DNA of 64,000 nt from Eledone cirrhosa (taxonomy: Eukaryota): NCBI GenBank assembly GCA_964016885.1, contig OZ024743.1:68510001-68574000 (forward strand), given 5' to 3'. Shown here one piece after another: positions 1-14,849 of the stretch; position 1 is the first letter of the stretch, and every line of letters begins with the position of its first letter. A program made the translations under genes and the position numbers. The notes below the pieces were generated by a model that worked only from the letters and a program-made list of their open reading frames with translations, made no database searches and was not told the DNA's origin.

Positions 1-996
1 CATAACTCTTAATTTTCAAACTTCGCACATTAAATCGTCAATCTAGACAAACTGCAATATCTTACCTTCAAACATTTCGCGTAAATGTCCCTGTTGAGGA
101 ATGGATGAGTTAAAGGTCAGAGAGTGGATCAAACCAATCACACAAACACAGACACACATACACACAAACACGCAAGGGCACGCTACTCCCCACCCCCCAC
201 ACACACACATGGCACCAAGATCATTTAATTAAACTGATCATCTTCCCATGAACTACTGCTTACTATAAGAGAAGCAGCATTATTTATCGGGGCTATCTCT
301 CTTGGTACGACCTGTTCTGCTACAAGAGAGATATCAGAGGCACCTCGTATAGGATGTGACTTTCTATGACAAGTCGGTGTTCGAACTTAGAGAGGCTCGG
401 GGATCAGATTGAACGAGCATATAATGCCTGTAATTAGTTCGCTGAATGGTATGTTGAAGAGACACATATATATATGTTCATTCTTCACGCGAATTAGTGT
501 AAGTAATGAATATATATATATATGACATATATATGGAATCATGGACAATGTCACTAGATATGTCTGACGGCATTATGTTTATCAATGAATATAATTTAAA
601 TATGTTATTCTGGCTCTGTGTATTGAATTTCCGTTAAACATGTTTCCTTCCTACCAAATGCTTAAACATATGAATCGTTTTCCACGAATCATTTCACCTA
701 CGTTATCCTTCTTTTTTGGCTTTCTTTCTATCTTTGAAATCTTGATTATGTAATAACATAATGGGTATAAGTGACACAGCAAATTAAGTTTTCCTGGGGA
801 GATTTATGAGAAATGTTTATATCATATAAATAGTTAATTAGAGGATTATATTATTACTATACCTCTCATTATCGAAGTGATTTTAGAAATAAATGGTTCT
901 AACTGAGTTACGACATTGGTTATTCCTTCTGAATTTAGTGCATACACACACACCCGCACGCACACACACGCACATACACACACACACACACATATA

Positions 997-1157
997 TAAT
1001 TGAATATAAAAGAGAAATAAACACTGATATATAGACATAAGTGTTCAAATCGTAGGTGACCTGTTAGTATTTTTTTCACCCTAGCGAACCTCGTCCTTTA
1101 CGATTTGAACATATATGTCTATATATCTGTGTTTATCTCTCTTTTATATTCAATTAT
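997..1157. repeat. Imperfect fold-back inverted repeat (~57 bp arms, ~45 bp spacer)
   Basis: taattgaatataaaagaga...ttcaaatcgta (997-1053) is the reverse complement of tacgatttgaa...tctcttttatattcaatta (1099-1157). No intact hammerhead core is visible. Confidence 0.75.
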
Positions 1158-1454
1158 AATATAGGGCTCGGAAAATCTCATTCCTTGAGTTATTTAATCG
1201 TAAGAGACTATTTTGCGTTTCTAACTCAATATATACCTTCGATATATATATAATATATATATGTGTATGTATATATATATATATAAATATATATATATAT
1301 CACCTTGATCACCTTGACCGACCAGTCTGTCGGGCGCCATTCAGCGCCGCTGGTTACATCACGTGCTGTCTTAGCCATACGATGACGGCAGCCCTCTGGC
1401 TGGGCGGGCAGGCCGATATATATATCTATATCTATATATATATATATATATATA

Positions 1455-1495
<41 letters not shown>

Positions 1496-1792
1496 TCTCA
1501 CCCCTCTTTCTTCCCCTCCCTTTCTCCCTGTCACTTTATTTCAACCCTCGTCTGACCGTTGAGCAGTTCTCTTCTCACTTACAACTGCGGCTATCAGACG
1601 TGTGTCTTCTTTCTCTCGATTATTCAGTCTCGCACTTAAGTTATTTTATCGAGTGGTGTTGCCTTTCCTACCTATAGTTGCTCGCACATTGCTAGGTTTG
1701 TGTTGTTTTTTTCGCTGTTTTGTTATTGTTTCTCTTTTCTTCCCCTTTCCTTTCCTTTCCCCCTTCCTTCGTTTTCCCAATAACATATCCAG

Positions 1793-1869
<77 letters not shown>

Positions 1870-2073
1870 GCAATAAAGAGTCAGTGTTGCACCATATACA
1901 TATCGAATTGCATTTTAAATGTCGATCAACTGTTATTCCAGAACCAGGTTTGATCACTAATCAATCGTTCATCGAGCTGATCGACTATGAAATTTATGTA
2001 ATGTGTAATTAGATATGTATATGATGCAATACTGATTCTTTGTTCCCTTATATATTATTATTATTTATACTCT

Positions 2074-2265
2074 GCGGTGGATTGGCAGTATCGGTAGAGG
2101 GTCGGACGCCATGCGTTGACGTATAGAGTTACAGCCCTTTCCATTCTGAGTTCAAATCCAGCCGAGGTTAACTTTGCCTTTCATCCTTACGGGGCCGATA
2201 AAATAAAGTACCAGTAATGGACTGGGTAATTGCTGGCCTTGTGCCAAAAGTAGAAACAATTAATT
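2074..2265 (+). mobile_element. tRNA-derived SINE (family A, Meta-domain-like core)
   Basis: A-box-like TGGCAGTATCGG, B-box GAGTTCAAATCC, central GCCTTTCATCCTTACGGGG(T/C)CGATAAAATAAAGTACCAG and 3' GGCCTTGTGCCAAAAGTAGAAACAATT. About 12 copies in the window. Confidence 0.85.
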
Positions 2266-2430
2266 ATACACTGCTCCCCACGAGCATCGAGTGCACAAAA
2301 CGCCATACCACCTATGGACGCAATAAATTTGCACCTTTAATGCCTATATATATAATTGCAAATGAACGAAAAAAACAAAGGAGGCAATTATCCAATTATA
2401 TAAGGTTCATATATATATATATATATATAT

Positions 2431-2811
2431 ATAAAGAAAAAAAGATGAAATCGAAAATGCAACTGGGGTCGAATTAAAATATATATATATATATATTTAT
2501 TTGGTTCCTTTACCGAGTTGAGATGGAGGGTCTGTGGTTTTTCTCACATCTGATGAGAGAAAAACCACAGACCCTCCATCTCAACTCTACTTTTGAAAAG
2601 CAGAAGAACTGCGAAACCGGTAAAGGAACCAAATAAATATATATATATTTTTTTTAAATCGACCCCAGTTGAATTTTCGATTTCATCTTTTTTTCTTTAT
2701 ACTTTCAATCGTGTAGGACACCTCGGTTATTTTTCATTTTATTTTATTAGAAGGTGAGATTTTTTTACAAACTGAAAAATAACCGAGGTGTCCTACACGA
2801 GTGAAAGTATA
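2431..2811. mobile_element. Double fold-back Penelope-like pLTR-type element between microsatellites (same family as 62631-62985)
   Basis: Arms 2431-2546 and 2556-2701 are inverted, with a second inversion at 2698-2737/2774-2811. A near-identical sequence occurs at 62.6-63.0 kb. Confidence 0.7.
2590..2625 (+). ncRNA. Minimal type I hammerhead ribozyme motif, U3-A8 core variant
   Basis: ctt-TTGAAAA-gcag aagaa ctgc-GAAA-ccgg-TA-aag: helix I ctt/aag, helix II gcag/ctgc, palindromic helix III ACCGGT. Confidence 0.6.
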
Positions 2812-2831
2812 TATGTGTATATATATATATA

Positions 2832-2924
2832 TGTGTGTTTGTGTGTGTGTATGTGTTTGTGTGTGTGAGAGTGTGTGTGTGCGTGTGCGTGGGTGTGCGC
2901 GCGTGCGTGTGTGCGTGCGTGCGC

Positions 2925-2999
<75 letters not shown>

Positions 3000-3009
3000 T
3001 GTGTGTGTG
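2832..3009. repeat. (TG)n microsatellite
   Basis: Direct inspection. Confidence 0.95.
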
Positions 3010-4322
3010 CAGATCACCAAATTTACTTCAGTGAGCGCCAGCCACCTCTAAAACACTGAATGAGCTGATGAATATTTGAACAAAGTGTCAGAGTGCACAA
3101 TAATAATTAGTCAGCAAGTCAGATGGCTGTACATGGGTGATAATACTGACATGAAAATCCTGGAAGGTACTGAACCTGTGCTCCATTCTGCATATGACAG
3201 TTGTTATTAAATGTGTTATATGCAGTAAATTACCTAATATCTGCAGATATTACGCAAACTAGCCTAGCCAATTCTAGCAGCTCAATGGTGTTATGACAAG
3301 TGACCTCTAAAGAAGCAGAAGAACGCTGTTAAGAGAACACATTTCGTGATTTAAATAAAAACAAATGGAATTGTCGCCAAAAAAGATCTCGTACAATTTA
3401 AAAAAAAAAACACAAAAACAGATTTGTTAGATTATGTCGAACAACCGATATATAAACCTAAATTTTCAACTTACACAGGAAGCATGTCAGTCAAATTATG
3501 AGAAAATATACACATCTGTTGAGGAAGGTCATCGAATTTCTTTCAGCGAGCCCCGGCCCCTACTCACTCACACAATGAGCTAACATACTCATCGTTAAAA
3601 AGGGTGAGAATCCGGGTATTGAATGCTACTGACAAAACGAAGACAACTTCATATTTCTTTTCATGCAGAATGAATATATATTAGACTATTAAAGAATCGG
3701 GAAATTATTTTTTAAAAAAACAACAAAAAAAAACAAAATCAGAATTAATTGATCTCTCAAACCAAAGTTTGGTTTTTATTTGGAAGCAGAGGATAGTGTT
3801 GAACTGTTTCAGTCTATTAGTCATCATCAGGTTAGCATGAGGTGTATTAGCGAAGGTGTATTAGCGAAGTTTTTGTAATTGAACCATTTAAGTTATATAT
3901 GTTATATAATCTAGATTTATATATGTTATATATCTAGATTTTACATAGAATAGCAGCTAAACATATTACGTAGACTAACGCAAAGCGTAAATATACTAAT
4001 CAAGATTAAGAAATATAAAGATTAATTTACTTATTAATGTTCAAATAAACATAAATTAATAAGAGCGCCTTCTTCAGTGCACTAAAATCAGCTGTCCACT
4101 AAGTTTTATTTTAATTAGATATATATTAATTAGACTAATTGTTAATTGCGTTGAAGAAGGTCTTTTCGCTGCCGCTCAAGGTGTACTTGGTGACCTTACA
4201 ATATAGAATGAAATTATCAGCGAAATAGGCGAAATTTTGTATGAACAACACACAACCAAAATTATATATACAGTTATATATATATATATATATACACATA
4301 CACTCACATACATCCACACACA

Positions 4323-4359
<37 letters not shown>

Positions 4360-4427
4360 TGACATACATCCACACAGACGCCCCCCCCCATATATATATA
4401 TATATGTATATATATATTATCTAATAT

Positions 4428-4645
4428 ATGTATTTAATATAGAAATGGCATTTGCAGGATTAAACTGTTTCATTTGTATGAAATTATCAGGAATGCTCAG
4501 TGCATTCCTGATAATTTCAGACGAGTGAAATATTTCTATTCCTGTAGAATACATTTCTATATTAAATAAATATTTTTACACTCTACAAATGTATTGAGTA
4601 CCTTTTCTAATGTTGGTTGGTTATCCTCGATTTTACTCGGGTTCT
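4428..4645. mobile_element. Decayed fold-back element with a degenerate hammerhead (CTGATAA core)
   Basis: Arms ~4428-4496 and 4501-4573 around gaatgc-tcagt-gcattc. Motif gcattc-CTGATAA-...-GAAA-...ctg-TA-gaatac, then an attgagtacc tail motif. Confidence 0.5.
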
Positions 4646-4654
4646 ACACGCACG

Positions 4655-4757
<103 letters not shown>

Positions 4758-4871
4758 TCTCAAGTCTATATAGTGAGTGTTGTTTCTCTGTAATTTCGAC
4801 TGTTAATAACCTGAAAACTCTACTTCAACTTCGGTATTGCGAACTCCTTTCTAACACCGGGCAACCACATG

Positions 4872-4919
<48 letters not shown>

Positions 4920-4971
4920 TGTAAATATGATGATAATAATGGAGCTGCAGCGTTGCAAATGGGATACATAT

Positions 4972-5103
4972 GATAAAGTGAGTCCTTCATCAGTGACCCT
5001 CCAACCGTCCTCGGCATTTCATCGCTTTAAGGGCCATATGCCTCAGGTTGGTGCGAACAACGGCTAAAAAAAGTCGTTGGGACACGTAAATAAAGGGGGA
5101 CGC
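4972..5103. repeat. Dispersed repeat (second copy at 30313-30443)
   Basis: agtccttcatcagtga...aagtcgttgggacacgtaaataa is present at both loci. Confidence 0.8.
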
Positions 5104-5304
5104 TAGAGTAACAACAAAAAGGGTTTAAGCAACGGAAAGTGAGTAGAAATAGACAAGTCCCAGATCTCTATGAATATAAACTCTGTGAAATCGTGAACAA
5201 GAGACGAAAGACCATCGAACCTGGTAGAAATGTGAGCAAGGAAAGAATTTCGCCCAAGTTTGACGGGGGGAAAAAAGGGAGAGAGAGAGAAAGAGAAAGG
5301 AGAG

Positions 5305-5365
5305 AAGAGGAAGAAGAAGAAGAAGAAGAAGAAGAAGAAGAAGAAGAAGAAGAAGAAGAAGAAGA
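5305..5365. repeat. (GAA)n microsatellite
   Basis: Direct inspection. Confidence 0.95.
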
Positions 5366-5943
5366 TAAGGTGGTCTGGTCTGCGAATTCGGTAAACGCAA
5401 GTTTTGTGAAGTCACAGACGAAGGAGAGAGAGAAAAAAAATTCCATACCAGCTCGGTCAAGACTGCGCGAGAAAAGAATTACACACAGGTCAAACTTGAA
5501 GGAGGAGGAGGAAAGAGGAGGAGGAGAGATAGTGACAGAGAATGAGTGAGTGAAAGTTGAGGAGGAGGCTAACAGAGAGAGAGACTGCTAGAAAGGGTAA
5601 AAGGTACAAAGAACGAAACAGACAGGCAGCATGGAAAAGTAATATGTGTAAATATGATGATAATAATGGAGCTGCATATATATATATATATATACACATA
5701 AATATATTGGATGGTCAACTTCCTTCGAATTTGTTCCTGCGGAAACCGGTGGGGATGAATTGGGACTCACACGAGAACGGGCGAAGGATTCAAGAACATC
5801 CGCTTTGTCCGTTCCTTGTCGAGTCAATTTGGATTGCCTCGCGAACGTGACCATATGATGTAAGAAGCTGTCTGATGATGCCATGGCACTGGTACGCGGA
5901 ATCTTGTGACCATTGTCGTCGTTGAAATATGTATCACCGCATT

Positions 5944-6125
5944 GATTGGCAGTATCGGTAGAGGGTCGGACGCCATGCTTTCCAGCATAGTTACGTCCCT
6001 TTACGATCTGAGTTCACATCCCGCCGAGGTTGACTTTGCCTTTCATCCATACGGGGTCGATAAAATAAAGTACCAGTAATGCACTGGGTAATTGCTGGCC
6101 TTGTGCCTAAAGTAGAAACAATTAT
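5944..6125 (+). mobile_element. SINE family A copy
   Basis: Colinear with the copy at 2074-2265. Confidence 0.85.
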
Positions 6126-6309
6126 CAATAAAGGTCTTTAACATCTGAAACCACTTCGCATTTTCTTATTCTAAATATACTCCCTCACTCTTATGTGGAA
6201 AAATGCGTTGAGTGCTTGATTGAATTGCATCAATATTTAGCGTAAGTATATATATATATATATATAGCAGGATAAGCGGACACTAGAAGGACGATACCGA
6301 TAATAATGA

Positions 6310-6366
<57 letters not shown>

Positions 6367-7621
6367 ATGTCTTTTCGTGAAAAATATTTATACTGTGAAA
6401 TGTAAGGCTGTGCATATATATGTTATATAAGCGATTAAATGACGGAGGGAGCGGTTTGTGGGTGGATTTATTTCATTATATTTGCGTAGGCCCAGACCAG
6501 CTACTTAAAATTCTGTTGTCAATTAGTATGCGGGCCACCCAAACACTGAATGATATCACATGTAGAAACTGGGCTCCGAATAACACAGCTTATTCTATGG
6601 AGTTGGATTGGGGATGCATTTGTCCTGTTCTTATCCAGAGACCACTCTATTAAATCTATCTGAACTATACTGCTTTCCAGAACAGCGTCAAGTTGAAACC
6701 TAGATTCAAAATGTACATCAATATGGTACATTCTTCATTTCGTATGACAAATTACATACCAATGAATAGCCATCACCTATCAGGAAACTTGTTATAAACT
6801 GGCACGTGTAAAACGTCTGGCAACATCTTGTGAACGACCTCATAGTTATTGTGTTCGAATTTGAAGTAATTATGGTCATCGTAGACAGATGCCTCACACC
6901 TAAGTAGCGTACTAACTCCAACTTGAACTGGTAATAAATAATTAGAAAGATTCTTCACATATGGTTTCAAAGCAGTATTAGCTTAAACCTGATTATAAAA
7001 AGAATCGACTGCAATAGATCGTACGCCAACTATGACAAATTAGCTGCTAAGATAACAGCTCCGAAATGATTACGTTGATGAATGATGTGAGGTCAAGAAA
7101 TTAATGCTTGGCTCTTGTGCCAAAAAATAGCCAACACCTTTCATATGTTGCGGTCAAAAACCTTTATGACCACCACACGAATCATTAAACGACGAAATCA
7201 TTTCTTTAATATTAACTAATTAGAATAATGAAGGATGATATGAATAATCTTACCGTTGCAAATTTTATTTTCATGATAATGTTTCAACTGTAAGGCTGCT
7301 AGTGATTTCAAAATTGGACGAATTACAGGAACAGTTGAGCTAAGTCTTCAAGTCATGTTCATTTAATGTTATTCCTAGAATAACTCGGTGCGTCTCCATC
7401 GGGGAAAGAAATCAAATCCATGTTTAGAAATATTTCTTGGGTGACAAGATTATCAACTAAATTTGGAGCTCATTTTATTTTCTATTTGGGAACTCAAGAG
7501 AAGGGTGATATGCTAGTTAGCTTTGCAAGCCCACTTTGATCGTTAAAATGATGAGCTACATTCTTGGGTTGAATAAACTAGATCGGATCGTTGCAGCCTG
7601 GGGTTTGGACAATATATATAT

Positions 7622-7787
7622 TTGTTTCTAATTTTGGCACAAGGTCAAAAATTACCCAGTGCATTACTGGTACTTTATTTTATCTACCCCAAAGTTAACC
7701 TCGGCGGGATTTGAACTCAAAATATAAAGGGACGTAACTATGCTGGAAAGCATGGCGCCCGACCCTTTGCCAATACTGCCAATCCAC
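7622..7787 (-). mobile_element. SINE family A copy (internal deletion)
   Basis: Reverse complement of the family consensus, lacking part of the core. Confidence 0.8.
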
Positions 7788-8484
7788 AGAAGAGTGTGTC
7801 GAGATTGTTTGAGTAGAGGTAAAACGAAGTCAGTAAAATCTGAGGAACAAAGGCAAATGTTTCCTAATCCATCCTTTGCTGAAAACTAACAACCTTTAAA
7901 CAATCTAGCTTCTCGCTCTGATTTTTCTTAGGGTCCATAAAAGAAAATATTCTGTTTTATTTGAATACAACATAATTTATGTTGCATGCACATAACGCTT
8001 ACTGGTTTCCTGTGGCGAACCAGTATTATTGAAATCACACTTGTATGCACACACAACAATATTTTTTCATCACTCATATACACAATGTTATAAATGCATG
8101 CGCTCACATGCCGAAAACTCTACGTACTTAAAACAGTATTCAAACCACTTACGTCTATACGCAACTCTAAACGCACGCATATAGCTTACCAATATCGATT
8201 TATAGCACACACGTATAACCAAATCAAAAAGCAAATGAAATCTCACATGAGTGTTCACCACACATTGATATACCTACCTGTCACAATCATGCATCCCCAC
8301 ATGGTCGCACACGATAGCAAGCGCATACATATACATCACTGTATCACTTCACACACATACCTAGGAAAATACATTGAAACCCAGTGTTAGGTACATCCTA
8401 GCGCAGACTTCTTAAATGCATCTACGGCAGAAGAAATTGTACCTCACCACATGCATATCCTTCACCACAACCGCATAGATATAT

Positions 8485-8570
8485 AGATACATACATACAT
8501 ACATACATACATACATACATACATACATACATACATACATACATACATACATACATACATACATACATAC
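8485..8570. repeat. (ATAC)n microsatellite
   Basis: Direct inspection. Confidence 0.95.
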
Positions 8571-8983
8571 AGCAATATATCCATCCATAGATACATACAT
8601 ACGTACATAAATCTCTCCATCCATTCAACCATACATACATCATACAAACCCATACATACATGCACCAGCTCTAACCACACACACACGCAGTCGCACCCAA
8701 GCGAATACACATTTTCACGCAAGAAGTAACGCATATATGCACACATGCGCATCAACTCCTCTTCCCTAAATTCTCTATAATATTAGACTAAGTAACTCAT
8801 ATTCTCTCTTGAGGATTAGGTGACATTCTAAATAATACCCTGATAAATGTTCAATATTTCTTGAAGCGTTAAACTAATATCTATCTGAGTGCTGAACTCT
8901 TTCCGTGTTGTGCGTTGTGGACTTTAGTATTTTGACACTTTTGACTGCTTTTGACATTGCACTATATATATATGTATATATAT

Positions 8984-9015
<32 letters not shown>

Positions 9016-9050
9016 GTGTGTGCGTTTGTGTGTGTATGTGTGTGTGAGAG

Positions 9051-9103
<53 letters not shown>

Positions 9104-9150
9104 CAGGGTGTGAGTATAGTTGTATGTTTTATATATATATATATATATGC

Positions 9151-9281
<131 letters not shown>

Positions 9282-10701
9282 TGTGGGGGTGTATGTGTAA
9301 GCGTGTGTATATACAGAGAAATATATTAAAAGGTGTCAAATATTTCTACACTGAATTCTACAAAACGCGATCAAACATGAACGAATAGGAATATAGACTT
9401 TTTCAAAAAGCCTTCCCACTTTATCTAATTACAGATGGAATAGGAAGGGTGAAGCATATATATAGATGTTCATGATCTAAGGAGAATAAATACTAAAACA
9501 AAGAAAAAAGATTGTGGTATATGTTTCTAAATTTAACACTAGTAATGTTGAAATATCTCACTCTATAACAAAATTTCATTTTGTATGAAGATCGGAATAC
9601 GATAAAAATGTAGAAACTCTAGAAGCTATCCAATATATACAAAAAAATACTAATGTTAGAAATTCTTCAGGGGGGGGGGGGGGGGGGGGGGGGCTATTTG
9701 ATTAACAGAACAGTTTAATCATGAAAATATCCTGCAAGCAAGTGCCTGGGCAATCTAGCGAAACATGTAGCCATGAGGCACTACTCATGCAAATTCAACG
9801 TCTCACAGATTATGAAATTGAATTGAATTGCAGGTATATGTCATTTCGCCCAGCTTCGTGAACTCGAGTAACACGAAATAAAGTTTCAAACACAAATATG
9901 TAACGCAACTCCGGTAATCGATGTTATCAACATACACCCGTGAGCCATACACCCTACCCCTTGGCCATGATGAACATAAAGAAGTGTGAAGGTGCATGGC
10001 TTAATTCTTAGTTTTTCGGCTCGTGATCATATGTTCGTTTGTTCGATTACCGACGGCGAGATGTGTTATTGAGCAAGATACTTTGTTTCACGTTGCTCCA
10101 ATCGATTCAGCTGGCAAAAAAGGAATTTCCAATCGTAATTCAAAACACCAGTGTTGTCACACATCGAGTCTCACTTAATCTCTACGAGAACTACTCACAT
10201 AGTACGAGCAGGCTGTTCTGTTGATCTAATCAATTGGAACACCCTTCGTCTGAGCCGAGGAAGGGCCAGGAAACACTGAAGGACATATGTGTGAATATAT
10301 TAATAAGGTCTCATATAGATGAATCCGAGAATAGCTGGACAGGGTTACATACAATATTGAAATCTCATCGAAGATATTTTCCCATGTTCACCATACAGAA
10401 GAAACAAGACGTTTGGAGCTTCAGGAAAATGCAATGTTTACTACGTCTCTGGTAAACTCATTTGTAATTCTCTGCATTCACTACCAGAGATTAACAACGA
10501 ACTAAAGTTAAATTAAATCACTGCGACAGAAGTGTCGATGAATAAATTGTAAATCAGTCGAGATATTTATTTCATTAATTGAGATTTAATCACTGAATAA
10601 AGTACGTTAAATATGCCTATTTATTGTTATTAGTTTTCAACGTGGATCTTATTGAAGGTTCCTAGTACGTGCATACATACATACATACATACATACATAC
10701 A

Positions 10702-11042
10702 TGGTGGCTGCCAACTCGTTTTCGAGTACGGCTACTACTTTATATCCATATAGGAGAACCCCTATCGATGCGCTGAACGAGTGTGACTTTTTAGTCCAGC
10801 CAGCGACTTGAAAACTCTGGTACGAACACTACACTTGTGACAATTATTGACACATAGTGATGGACCCATGGTACCATGTGACGACACGTGCAGAGAACTC
10901 TCCAGATATAAAGCAATGCCTGTGCCGTGAAGCTTTTATAGTGAGCAAAGGCACTGCACAAAGCCAGTCCCACTCTCTTAACCAAGATGATATTTACCAA
11001 AAAGAAGAACAAGTCAACATCATACATACATACATACATACA

Positions 11043-11075
<33 letters not shown>

Positions 11076-11592
11076 GATGGCTGAAATCTCTGCTAAGAGT
11101 ATTGCGATTGCTTGGAGGATTATAGAGTTTGGTGCACTTTTAGGCCTCACACAAACCTGTAACATATCCTGAATAAGCAATGCCTGTGCTTTGAATGTTT
11201 TTTTAAAGTGGGGAAAGGCCTTGCACTCGACCAATCCCACTCTTTGAGCATTGAAAACACTTCCCGAAAAGGAGAACTGGTCAACACCGTGGGATCCTTC
11301 TGAAGCCGCAATTTTTTTTCAGTTTCCCTCTACCAGAAATGTGTTATAACAACAAATGGGGGTCTTTCATTCCCAGACCGAAAAAGAAGAAGTACTATTT
11401 AGATGGTTGTTGACTCTGCTAAGTTCCTCCGCCCTTTGCCGGGTCTTGCATTTCATCCTGCAGGGTGTCCCAATAACACCCTCATCACCAAGCAAGCTTG
11501 GTGCGATTGCCGGTTTAGTCACCGACGACCCGACTATCAGACAGATTGTACTGGGTTACATGTTACCAGTAGCACTCGTAAGCGATCTGACA
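10702..11592. mobile_element. Unclassified interspersed repeat, two partial copies embedded in (CATA)n
   Basis: 10702-11023 matches 15121-15443 inverted at high identity. 11400-11592 matches 14850-15042 inverted. 11160-11250 is a diverged homologue of 10900-10980. Confidence 0.75.
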
Positions 11593-12865
11593 TACAAATA
11601 TACATACATACATACTTACAATGTTAAGCCATTCTGGACAACGATACCATTATTGTCCGATAAAAAGTATTGATCTGAGAGTATCCTTTGAAAGTACGAT
11701 TACTATAAGGTGGAAGAGTTATTTTCAATATTCCAAAACACACAAAAAATGTTAATTTTACTATTTCCTTTAAAACCTAGTTAATAAGTGCCCAGGTCAC
11801 AAACAGTGCCACGAATAATTTCAGAGAAAAAAAATATATATAATACATATGAAAGTGATCATACAATCGGGGCATAAAATCACAAAATTCTTTCGACAAA
11901 TAGATTGTAGTGAGACATTTATTGCGATTTTAGTTTGATAATCAAACACATCAATAAATATTGGAGCCATTATGTGCTGTCAGTTGAAGAGCCTTAACGC
12001 AAGTCTACCAGAAATAGTACTGAAAGATCTATTGAAACAAACTGAGTCTCTTGGAGGTGCATATGGCATACGTTATTTGTTTAAGAGGCTTGATTTAGAA
12101 CGTTATGGAACTGTATTTGATCCCACTGTTTCTTATTTCGAGCATATAATTCTTACATCGTACCGTATCCTTTGGGATGAAATTTGATAAAAGGTAATTT
12201 TGCGTCTGTTTATCAACGAAAACTTTCATTTTCTTGCAATGTATACTTATACTTTCAATCGCCAACAAGAGAGAATATGAATTAAAAAAAACTGTAGATG
12301 TTTTGTGAAAGAGTAAGCATGATTAACGTGAAGCACATTGAGGGAACACGGTCTAGGTTATTTGTGGCTGCAAATGTCAATACATGGCTGGCCAGATTAG
12401 TCACCGACGCAGTCGAAAGGCCGGAGAAAAAGTAGACTTCAGTAAGTTAACGACTATAGATAGCTTAACATGTACTTCATATGGGAAAGTCTGCTAATCT
12501 ACTGGTGGATTATAACACCTATCATAGACACACATTCACACACACACATGCTGAAACACGCACTCAGACGGATACTCTAACTCACACGCACACACACGAG
12601 CGCGCGGCATACAAACACATACACACATATATACATATATACATATATAAGTTCTGTAAGTATAGTTTTATGGCTAGAAGAAGGAATTTTATCGTTATTT
12701 TATATCTGTAGCTATATAGATATACACACAGATATGTAAATATAGAAATGTATATATACATATATCTTTATATATAATGTATAAGCGCATGGGTTCTTGT
12801 GCTTACATGAACACGCGATCAATAAAGTTTATCCTAGCATCACCCCACTCTCTACTTCCTCTCTT

Positions 12866-14200
<1,335 letters not shown>

Positions 14201-14667
14201 TGTGTACAAGAACAGACAGACGTATACAAGTACATGTGTGTTTGTGTGTTTATGCATATACATAGTTTCATATATTAATTCATGTAATACCTATACCATA
14301 GTTATCTAAGTATAATTGTCAATGGCGATATGGCTGGGTAGCTTAGGAATGTTAAGTTTGTCACATTCAACAATAATTATACTACATTTTTGTTAATGAA
14401 GCTAAGGTTCAAGTCTAACTAGCGAGGTCATTTGTGCGTGCTATAGATCCCTATGGCAACCTAGTTTAATAACAAGCCACTCATTCCTAACTGAAAACAT
14501 TAGTTTCGTGTAACATCAACAATTACTCATGCATCAGTACTCACAAACACATACTCACACATGTCAATATGTTTATGTGCTTACACTCTCTCACACACAC
14601 ACGCACATACACACACACACAATCTCACACACACACGCACATACACACACACACAAACACACACATG

Positions 14668-14703
<36 letters not shown>

Positions 14704-14737
14704 AATGTAAATATACATATAGATATGTATGTATATT

Positions 14738-14782
<45 letters not shown>

Positions 14783-14849
14783 GTGTACATACACACACAC
14801 ATTAAATATATATATATGTGTGTGTATGTAAGTATATATATATACATAA

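Noticed and set aside
2074-2170. SINE heads as tRNA genes
   Set aside because: They have A/B boxes but no cloverleaf or acceptor stem, and they continue into a shared SINE body in every copy.
2550-2556. CTGATGA at the fold-back centre as the hammerhead core
   Set aside because: Absent from the sister copy at 62.7 kb and from the opposite arm. The conserved, helix-flanked core is TTGAAAA at 2593.
4972-5035. Minus-strand GAAA...CTGATGA as a type II hammerhead (also ~30320-30365)
   Set aside because: No helix I hairpin or valid UH site can be formed in either copy.
9670-9693. 24-nt poly-G run as a G-quadruplex element
   Set aside because: An isolated homopolymer with no context, possibly a sequencing artefact.
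11972-12187. 71-aa non-repetitive ORF as an exon
   Set aside because: No recognisable motif, and the length is within chance expectation.
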